Below the pieces are notes generated by a model. That model did no database searches. It was not told the DNA's origin and was given only the letters and a program-made list of their open reading frames with translations. A stretch of DNA of 32,000 nucleotides from Acaryochloris thomasi RCC1774 (GTDB taxonomy: Bacteria > Cyanobacteriota > Cyanobacteriia > Thermosynechococcales > Thermosynechococcaceae), in NCBI RefSeq assembly GCF_003231495.1, contig NZ_PQWO01000016.1, positions 70,219-102,218 on the forward strand, in the 5' to 3' direction. Made by a program: the position numbers and the translations under genes. This document shows positions 18,038 to 24,407 of this stretch, piece after piece (position 1 is the stretch's first letter; each line of letters opens with the position of its first letter).

Positions 18038-18916
18038 TTACCCCTGCAATATGGGGAGAATGAGGTTTGCGATCGCATCTCCAAATTCTTCAGCCATTCC
18101 CAAGCTGCCCTGCGAACGAACGGACTGGATGTTAGCAAGCTTCGCCATCGCCTCCATTTCTGCCAGTGATGCCGGTGGAGCCTGTTCTGCGATCACCACC
18201 ATCACCGGCACCGATGGCTTTTCGATTGCGGCTAGAAACTCCGCTCTTTGAGACACCGGATCTAAGCTACCCGTGACAAAGGCAGCGGGCGCATATCGCG
18301 CCCCAGACTGTTGCGTCCCTTCATACCGCTGCGCGATAAAGTCCGGCGTTAACGCGGTTTCATTGACGAACACATGCCGACGATACATCCACTTTAGAAA
18401 CCCAGGTCGCGTATTGAGGCCATACAGTGCGGAGCCGATCAAAGGCGTTCTCACCAGGTCTCGCACGCCGTTGCGAACAGACTCGGACGCACCCATCACC
18501 GCTAACGGTCCCCGCCAAGTGGGGGCGACTAAGACAATCCGTGACCAAGACTCCAGTGCCAAGGCATAGCCTGCGGCATGTCCCGCCGCGACCACCGCCA
18601 CGTCTTCGGTAAACGTGTCTCGCACAAAGTCCTGCAAGAACTGACGGAACAGCGCCGGTTGATAGTCGAGCTTCAGGCGATCGGACTCGCCAAAACCCGG
18701 CCAGTCTAGGAGCGTGACCTGAAAATGAGACGCCAGCGCCTGGGCTAGGGTTGTTAGCTCTGCCCGCGTGGAGACCGTGCTAAAGGACGGTAAGAGCAGG
18801 ACCGATGGACCGGAACCGAGGACTTCGGTGGCAATATTGATGGCTTGTCCCTGCCATTGCCAGGCATAGGTAGAGAGGGTGCCCTGGGGATCTGTCGTTA
18901 GCATTAAACCCTCCAT
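18038..18916 (-). CDS. Alpha/beta-hydrolase-fold protein lacking the canonical nucleophile serine
   Basis: 292 aa. The fold markers are VLLLPSFST, DWPGFGESD, and a nucleophile elbow that reads AAGHAAGYA (G-H-A-A-G at nt 18569..18583) instead of G-H-S-x-G. Confidence 0.75.
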   Translation of the reverse strand: MEGLMLTTDPQGTLSTYAWQWQGQAINIATEVLGSGPSVLLLPSFSTVSTRAELTTLAQALASHFQVTLLDWPGFGESDRLKLDYQPALFRQFLQDFVRDTFTEDVAVVAAGHAAGYALALESWSRIVLVAPTWRGPLAVMGASESVRNGVRDLVRTPLIGSALYGLNTRPGFLKWMYRRHVFVNETALTPDFIAQRYEGTQQSGARYAPAAFVTGSLDPVSQRAEFLAAIEKPSVPVMVVIAEQAPPASLAEMEAMAKLANIQSVRSQGSLGMAEEFGDAIANLILPILQG

Positions 18917-18979
18917 TTTGGCTCAACACATATAGCTAAACGCATCTTCATTATCCGACAAACGAGGGAGCTTATCTTT

Positions 18980-19008
18980 TATGCAATGATAATCGTTATC
19001 ATTGTATA
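18980..19008. promoter_or_regulatory. Zur/Fur-type operator palindrome in the divergent promoter region
   Basis: TATGCAATGATAA-TCG-TTATCATTGTATA is a 13-3-13 inverted repeat with one mismatch. Its core TGATAATcGTTATCA fits the 7-1-7 Zur-type box. The 19-nt core AATGATAATCGTTATCATT is identical to the one at 29279..29309. It lies 64 to 92 nt upstream of the minus-strand gene start (18916) and 23 to 51 nt upstream of GTG 19031. Confidence 0.7.
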
Positions 19009-19030
19009 AGGTCCGTCTTAGGGAGGGTGT

Positions 19031-20245
19031 GTGAAGAGCCAGATAGATATTGCCGTGATCGGGGCCGGACCCCAAGCGCTGACGTTAGTGACCCATCTGC
19101 TGCAGAAGAAGCAGGCTCTACGCGATCGCATCCAAGTCTTTGATCCCAGCGGCACCTGGATGGCGCAGTGGCAACAGCAGTTTGCGGCGCAGGAGATTCC
19201 CTATTTGCGATCGCCTGGTGTGCATCACCCCGATCCTAAACACACCCTATTCAACTTTGCTGAACGCCGCCAGGATGAGCTGCATCTGCCCTACAATCGG
19301 CCCGGTACAGCACTGTTTCAAGATTTCTGTGAAACTGTCATTGATCGCTGGCAACTGCGCGATCGAGTGACCGCAGCCCAGGTGATGAAGTTAACGCCGT
19401 TGCCGTCCCGATTTCAGCTTCAGTTGAGTAACGGCGAACAAATTGAAGCGCGGCGGGTCGTTTTAGCGACGGGCGGCGGCAAAGCACAGGTGCCTGCCTG
19501 GGTTGCCCAGGTTAATCTCCATCCTCCAGAACGGCTGTGTCACGCCCAAGATGTTTGCCTGCCAGAATTACCGGACCTGACGGGTGAAACGGTTTTGATT
19601 GTCGGTAGTGGGCAGTCCAGCGCTCATTTAGCGGTGGGGGCTGTTGGGCGAGGCGCGAGGGTATTGCTGATGGCCCGTCGGACCCTGACGGAAAAGCTAT
19701 TTGATGCGGAACCGGGTTGGTTGGGGCCGAAGTATCTGAAGGGTTTCCAGGCAGAGCAAGACTGGCAAGTGCGCTGGCAGATGATTCAAGCGGCCCGGAA
19801 CGGCGGGTCAATTGCGCCGGAGCTGCTGCATCGACTGCGGCGATATTCACGTTCTGGGCAAGTCACCTTTTATGAGCGCTGTCATGTATCTAATGCGACC
19901 TGGCAAGGAGAAGCATGGCAGGTGCAGTGTAGTTTGCCGACTGTGCATGATTGTTTAGCACATCAGTCTATTGATCGGATCTGGCTGGCGACGGGAACGC
20001 AGACGGATATTACAGCGCATCCCTTAATGGGGGAGATTTTGGAGCGATATCCGAATCAGATTGTCAATGGCCTGCCGGTGTTGGATGAGCACTTGCGCTG
20101 GCCCGGTTGTGAGCTATTTTTGATGGGACCGTGGGCGGCGCTGCAGGTGGGGCCGGTGGCGAGGAATTTGCATGGGGGTCGGATGGGTTGCGATCGCATT
20201 GTCCCGGCATTAACCAAGGCCAGCGTTGCTCGAACTGTTGCCTAG
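19031..20245 (+). CDS. FAD/NAD(P)-binding oxidoreductase (two Rossmann motifs; N-hydroxylating-monooxygenase-like architecture)
   Basis: 404 aa starting at GTG, with GGGAGGG at 19021..19027. The first dinucleotide fold is IDIAVIGAGPQALTLV and the second is VLIVGSGQSSAHLAVGAV. The precise subfamily cannot be determined by eye. Confidence 0.75.
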   Translation: MKSQIDIAVIGAGPQALTLVTHLLQKKQALRDRIQVFDPSGTWMAQWQQQFAAQEIPYLRSPGVHHPDPKHTLFNFAERRQDELHLPYNRPGTALFQDFCETVIDRWQLRDRVTAAQVMKLTPLPSRFQLQLSNGEQIEARRVVLATGGGKAQVPAWVAQVNLHPPERLCHAQDVCLPELPDLTGETVLIVGSGQSSAHLAVGAVGRGARVLLMARRTLTEKLFDAEPGWLGPKYLKGFQAEQDWQVRWQMIQAARNGGSIAPELLHRLRRYSRSGQVTFYERCHVSNATWQGEAWQVQCSLPTVHDCLAHQSIDRIWLATGTQTDITAHPLMGEILERYPNQIVNGLPVLDEHLRWPGCELFLMGPWAALQVGPVARNLHGGRMGCDRIVPALTKASVARTVA

Positions 20246-20485
20246 AGTTTCAAAACTGGTAAATCTAGAACCTGGTGCAGGCAGTATATTTATTGGCTTA
20301 AGATACCCAAACTTAGTCTTTTGAATACGGTGAACAACAGGATAATCCCCTCAGGGCCGGAGTCATCTGACTTCTGATTGATAATGCTCTTGTCTCAGAG
20401 TTATCAGGTTCTTGGTGGATAATACTCTCCCGGCCAGAGTTATTATGCATCATCCGTATAATTAATAGTTATAGCAGCTAGGGAG
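20141..20485 (+). repeat. Copy A of a diverged ~350-bp direct repeat (last ~105 nt of the flavoprotein CDS plus a ~240-nt hairpin-rich leader)
   Basis: It aligns with 24286..24640 through shared blocks, in the same order: GGTGGCGAG.AA.TTGC.TGGGGG, GGATGG..TGCGAT, ATTGT.CCGGCATTA, AAAACTGGTA, CTGGTAAAT, TGCAGGCAGT, CCCAAACTT, GGTGAAC, CAGGATAAT, CCTCAGGG, GAGTTATCAG, CATC.GT, TAATTA, TAGTTA. It contains three hairpin units at 20339..20366, 20378..20405 and 20416..20443. Confidence 0.8.
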
Positions 20486-20586
20486 ATATAGTGAGCATTC
20501 CAGGGATCAGGAATGCCTTCATATTAAGGATTCTGGAGATGAAAACATCCTAACCGTCTGCCTCTCTACGATAGATTTTTGAAACC

Positions 20587-21474
20587 ATGAACGAGCAAGC
20601 ACAGTTACCAGAACCTCCGCAGTTTTCTGACGAGGAAATGCAGAGATGCCGAGAAACTGGCGACTTCATGCCTATGCTTTTTGAGTGGTACAAGTTTGTT
20701 GGTCATGTCTGCATATTTTTCGCCCAATTACAGAGAGAGTCACCAACAGTCAGAGAAATTTTACCAATCCACTTTGCTATTCTTACTGGGCTACTAAACC
20801 GTTGTGCGAGATTGATGCTGTCAAACATAGCGCTTTCCCATAATGGAAATTTTGGAGAGACAACAGCACTCTTGGACAGGTGTATTTTTGAATCTTGCCT
20901 CAAATTAGATTGGCTGTGTCATGAAGGAAATGATGATAGTTTTCAGTGCTATTTGGCGGGTGGACTCAAAACAGAAATAGAGCTTGAAAAAGAAATAAGG
21001 GGAAAAATAACTGAGCGAGAAGACAGCGAAGTTCTTCACATTGAAAAGCGTATGCTTTCATCTATTGATCGCTATATCAATGCTGCAGGATTGAGCCGCG
21101 AAGAAATTATCGAAGCTAAAAAGCTACCCGATGTTTCTGCAATGCTTCGAGATTTAGGCCATGAAAGGTTAATGTACGTAGTTGCACAACGGCTGGGTTC
21201 ACATCATGTACATGGAACCTGGCCAAGCCTTTTACTACATTACCTTGAGGTTGATGATGATGGTGGTTTCACTCTCAGAGATCATGATTGTCATACACAT
21301 CCAAATCAATTTGTAATGACCCCGCTTCAGGTTTTGGGGGCGATTACATCATTTATTGTTTTTGTAATCGAGGCCGAAGATGCAGAAGGCATTGTGAGCT
21401 TGTTAGATTCTATTCAAGAAGAAATTCTGAACATCAATGGCGAAATGATTGGGAGCGACTTTCAGCGTTCATAA
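20587..21474 (+). CDS. Hypothetical protein (295 aa), AT-rich cassette gene; predicted all-alpha, possibly DUF5677-like, with an Rx4-6H (HEPN-like) motif
   Basis: A clean ORF in a visibly AT-rich segment with no HIP1. Notable motifs are LNRCARLMLSNIALSHNG, LLDRCIFESCLKLDWLCHEG and AQRLGSHHVHGTWPSLLLHYL. I recognise no enzymatic signature. The family assignment is from memory and weak. Confidence 0.6.
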   Translation: MNEQAQLPEPPQFSDEEMQRCRETGDFMPMLFEWYKFVGHVCIFFAQLQRESPTVREILPIHFAILTGLLNRCARLMLSNIALSHNGNFGETTALLDRCIFESCLKLDWLCHEGNDDSFQCYLAGGLKTEIELEKEIRGKITEREDSEVLHIEKRMLSSIDRYINAAGLSREEIIEAKKLPDVSAMLRDLGHERLMYVVAQRLGSHHVHGTWPSLLLHYLEVDDDGGFTLRDHDCHTHPNQFVMTPLQVLGAITSFIVFVIEAEDAEGIVSLLDSIQEEILNINGEMIGSDFQRS

Positions 21475-21565
21475 CAGTTCTAACGCTTGTGGATAAATTG
21501 ATACTGATCTCTGAATTACGGGCATAATAGCCTGATACAACACTTGTTAAATATAGGTTTAAACA

Positions 21566-21781
21566 ATGCCTCAAGTAAAAAGATTTGATATTAAGGGTGA
21601 GAACGGAATCGATGAAAGTGCCTCTGTCGGCATACATGAGTTAATTGTGAAAGTGGATGGTCAGCCTTTTTCAGAAAAAAGTTCAGCAAAGGCAAGCCTT
21701 ACTTGGTACAACAGCAAAAATGAACTTCAGGGATACAAAGTTGTCCCTTTTTTGGATGGATATGCTTTGTACAAACCGTAA
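21566..21781 (+). CDS. Hypothetical small protein (71 aa), co-oriented partner of the 295-aa cassette gene
   Basis: It begins with ATG, 91 nt after the upstream stop, and shares the same AT-rich composition. It ends 9 nt before the MITE-like element. I recognise no homology. Confidence 0.4.
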   Translation: MPQVKRFDIKGENGIDESASVGIHELIVKVDGQPFSEKSSAKASLTWYNSKNELQGYKVVPFLDGYALYKP

Positions 21782-21790
21782 AGTAGAGTA

Positions 21791-22073
21791 GTGCCACCTA
21801 CATTCCGCAGGTTAGTGAATTCTTGTAAACCTTTTCCAGTAAAGGCTTTGAGCCTTAGCTTGAAACTCAAGAATACCTCCCTCAGATCGTTGAGATACAG
21901 GTGGCCGATTAACCTGTATTGCTTCTCTAATCTGGCTTCTAGAGAGTCTGTGATCTGTTTTTTCAGGTGATGCAACCTGGATTGATGGAACAGAGTCGAT
22001 TTTTGACAGGCCCTGTAACCTTTATCTAGTATGGCTTCTAGAAAAGCGTACTACCTGCGGAATGTAGGGTGCC
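21791..22073. mobile_element. MITE-like element or heavily deleted IS relic with terminal inverted repeats
   Basis: The left end GTGCCACCTACATTCCGCAGGT (21791..21812) pairs with the right end ACCTGCGGAATGTAGGGTGCC (22053..22073). The 16-nt core CCTACATTCCGCAGGT is a perfect inverted repeat. The ~240-bp interior has only an 82-aa ORF fragment on the minus strand and no intact transposase. Confidence 0.6.
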
Positions 22074-22103
22074 AAGGCGTTCTGTGATAGCAAAACCACT
22101 TCT

Positions 22104-22928
22104 CTAGCCCATACCATTTTCATTCTCGTCCAAGCTGAGGGTAAATCCTGTCACCCATCCTCGCTGAACCCACAGCGGAAGCAGTGCTGTGACGGCTATG
22201 TCTGCGGTGCGGTCCTCAAGCTGGGCGCAAATCTCTCCAAACTGAGCACCGGAAGCAAAGGCTTGTAATAGCTGCCATTCAGCGGCATTGGGTAAGTCAA
22301 TCCGGGTTTCATACTGGTCTCGCCAGAGAAATAGATTGACCTCACCCTCGCTTAGATCGACAGTTTCGGTACTGGATGCATCGGCTTGATTGACCTGCCA
22401 AATTCGGTGTATAGGGTACGGTGAGGTCAGTAAAATGCTACTGGCTGGGAGCTGAAACACTAAATCAGGCCAACGGCCGGGGGGCACTTTACTCAAGGCT
22501 GCTAGATCTAAAAGGGGTTGGTCTTTACTGTTGAAGATACGGTGCCAATTCCACTCTAAATGGGCCACATCCGGCAGATAGGGGAGCGAGGCAGCCGGTT
22601 CAAACTGGGCTAGAAAGTCAGAGAGCTGTTCCCCATAGTCCCCTAAATCGGGTGATTGCGATGGATACCGACGGATATATTGACGAGCCATAGTGGTGAA
22701 AAACTGGGTTCCCACCAACCGACCGCACACAGGATAAATATCTTCTAGAGCACGACTGAGTTTGCCAACAACGCTGCCTTGATAGGCCGACAGACCTCGT
22801 TCAAAGGAGAGATGTTCAGTGCTACGCATCTGGGGTTTGAGCTGCTGGATGCTGTCGGAGTCTTTAGTTGCGATCGCACTATAAAACAACCGCTGTAGCT
22901 CTCTCAGTTCTGGGGGTGGTGTTGACAT
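22104..22928 (-). CDS. bufC: DUF2063-family protein (BufC/MbnC-like RiPP recognition partner of the DUF692 enzyme)
   Basis: 274 aa. The segment LSAYQGSVVGKLSRALEDIYPVCGRLVGTQFFTTMARQYIRRYPSQSPDLGDYGEQLSDFL fits the DUF2063 N-terminal pattern. Its start overlaps the upstream DUF692 gene by 25 nt. Confidence 0.75.
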   Translation of the reverse strand: MSTPPPELRELQRLFYSAIATKDSDSIQQLKPQMRSTEHLSFERGLSAYQGSVVGKLSRALEDIYPVCGRLVGTQFFTTMARQYIRRYPSQSPDLGDYGEQLSDFLAQFEPAASLPYLPDVAHLEWNWHRIFNSKDQPLLDLAALSKVPPGRWPDLVFQLPASSILLTSPYPIHRIWQVNQADASSTETVDLSEGEVNLFLWRDQYETRIDLPNAAEWQLLQAFASGAQFGEICAQLEDRTADIAVTALLPLWVQRGWVTGFTLSLDENENGMG

Positions 22929-23725
22929 AGATAGGTATCAGCCTGCTGTGCTTCGGCCATCAAAACATCAAAGCTAGGAATATCCGTATCCCACTCAATC
23001 AGCGTCGGCACCGGACCAAACCGCTGGAGTGCCTGTTGATAAAGCGCCCAGACTCTAGGCTGTACCGGGTAGCCGTGGGTATCGAATAAAAAGTGGTCCT
23101 GCTCTTCGTAACCGGCCAGATGAATCTCCTTGACGCGATCGGTGGGAATGGCTTCCAGATAGTCCAACGGGTCAAAGGCGTGATTCGCGGCATTGACGTA
23201 GACATTATTGATATCCAAGAGCAGATCGCAATCAGCCTCAGCCACGAGAGCGGCAATAAACTGCCATTCGGCCAAGCTGTTGTGGCGAAACTGAAGGTAA
23301 GGCGATAAATTTTCAATGAGAATCCGCCGACCAAGGAAGTCCTGCACCTGCGAAATCCGATCTGCAACGTAATGGAGGACCGATTCAGTGTAGGGCAACG
23401 GAGCCAAGTCGTTGAAGTAATGACCATTGACCGAAACCCAGGCCAAGTGATCGGAAATATAGACGGGTTCAATCCGATCAGCAAGCCGCTTGAGCTGGGT
23501 CAGGTAGTCAATGTTGAGGGGATCTGCAGACCCCAGCGACAGACTAACGCCGTGCAGCGTGAGCGGATACCGTTCCCGGACTTGTTCTAGATGATAAAGG
23601 GGCAAACCACCCCCCAAATAGTTGTCGGAGAGGGCTTCTAGCCAGGGTACGGCGGGTTGATGAGCGAGGATGTGGGCGTAATGTTGCGATCGCAACCCAA
23701 TCCCAGCTCCCTGAATCTCAGGCAT
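22904..23725 (-). CDS. bufB: DUF692 / UPF0276 multinuclear non-heme iron oxidative enzyme (MNIO; MbnB/BufB-like)
   Basis: GAGIGLRSQHYAHIL, LEALSDNY, LHGVSLSLGS, ISDHLAW, ILIENLSPY, LLDINNVYVNAANH, EIHLAGY and LIEWDTDIP are the conserved DUF692 blocks. I set the start at ATG 23725 (MPEIQGAGIGLR) rather than the TTG at 23782 used by the track. Confidence 0.88.
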   Translation of the reverse strand: MPEIQGAGIGLRSQHYAHILAHQPAVPWLEALSDNYLGGGLPLYHLEQVRERYPLTLHGVSLSLGSADPLNIDYLTQLKRLADRIEPVYISDHLAWVSVNGHYFNDLAPLPYTESVLHYVADRISQVQDFLGRRILIENLSPYLQFRHNSLAEWQFIAALVAEADCDLLLDINNVYVNAANHAFDPLDYLEAIPTDRVKEIHLAGYEEQDHFLFDTHGYPVQPRVWALYQQALQRFGPVPTLIEWDTDIPSFDVLMAEAQQADTYLCQHHPQN

Positions 23726-23802
23726 TGAACGATAGATACTCCAAAATGTCAGGGTGTCTGCTGTCAACAAACAGGCACCCAAAATACATGAGATAGATAG
23801 GT

Positions 23803-24117
23803 TTAATCCTCTTCCTTTTCTGCTTCCGCCTCTTCAGCAGGCGGTGCGGCCTCTTTCAACGTTGAGCCAACAATTTTTTCGCAGGTTCCAGCAGGCACAT
23901 AAATCCATTCTTCTGGGTCATTGTCGACTGTCGCTTTACCAGAGCAGTCATGCTTGCTCGTGCCACAGTCGTTGAGACCGGTCTTGACGATTCCGGCGCA
24001 TTTTTCAAATCCAGCCTTACCGGCAACTGCATCATCAGATTGATTTGCAAGTATTCCGAGGGCAAGCACACTCGATAAAGCGGTGGTCACGGCGACGGCT
24101 TTGGTTGTTGTGTTCAT
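23803..24117 (-). CDS. bufA: DUF2282-family secreted peptide (bufferin BufA1-type RiPP precursor) with acidic C-terminal extension
   Basis: A signal peptide ([24 protein letters not shown]) precedes the core [48 protein letters not shown], which has the four conserved Cys of DUF2282. It is the first gene of the DUF2282-DUF692-DUF2063 operon. The extra tail is [20 protein letters not shown]. Confidence 0.8.
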   Translation of the reverse strand: MNTTTKAVAVTTALSSVLALGILANQSDDAVAGKAGFEKCAGIVKTGLNDCGTSKHDCSGKATVDNDPEEWIYVPAGTCEKIVGSTLKEAAPPAEEAEAEKEED

Positions 24118-24285
24118 AATGGTGGATAGACTCCAAGGGATTTACTGTGTTGAGCTAGGCAACCCAATCATGGGAAGTCGCTCTCATTGATAATACGAAT
24201 AACTATGACGATTGGATGTGGAAACGTGAATCTCTTTGAGATGCGTCAGCTTGTCCTTGGCGTCTGTCAGCGCTTTGGCTGCTGA

Positions 24286-24407
24286 TAGCAACTGGGGGGC
24301 AAGTGGCGAGAAACTTGCGTGGGGGGGCGGATGGCGTGCGATGGCCGTTAGCGAAGCCCTTCCTCTAAAGGCAGGCCGGAGACCACTGCATTGTTCCGGC
24401 ATTAGCG
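24286..24407 (+). pseudogene. Relic of the 3' end of a flavoprotein gene (paralogous to the end of CDS 19031..20245)
   Basis: It aligns with 20141..20214 (CDS codons for ...VGPVARNLHGGRMGCDRIVPAL) but is interrupted by a ~46-nt insertion (24343..24388). There is no upstream coding continuity. Only spurious overlapping ORFs occur on both strands (24184..24402 minus, 24236..24454 plus). Confidence 0.55.

Noticed and set aside
22999-23484. A 161-aa alternate-frame minus-strand ORF and small + strand ORFs inside bufB.
   Set aside because: They are fully embedded in the DUF692 gene, whose conserved motifs define the real frame.
24188-24204. A possible Zur box upstream of bufA (TGATAATACGAATAACT).
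   Set aside because: Only one half-site (TGATAAT) matches. The partner half matches about 3 of 7 positions, so it is not a credible full operator. It is noted only as context in the bufferin finding.
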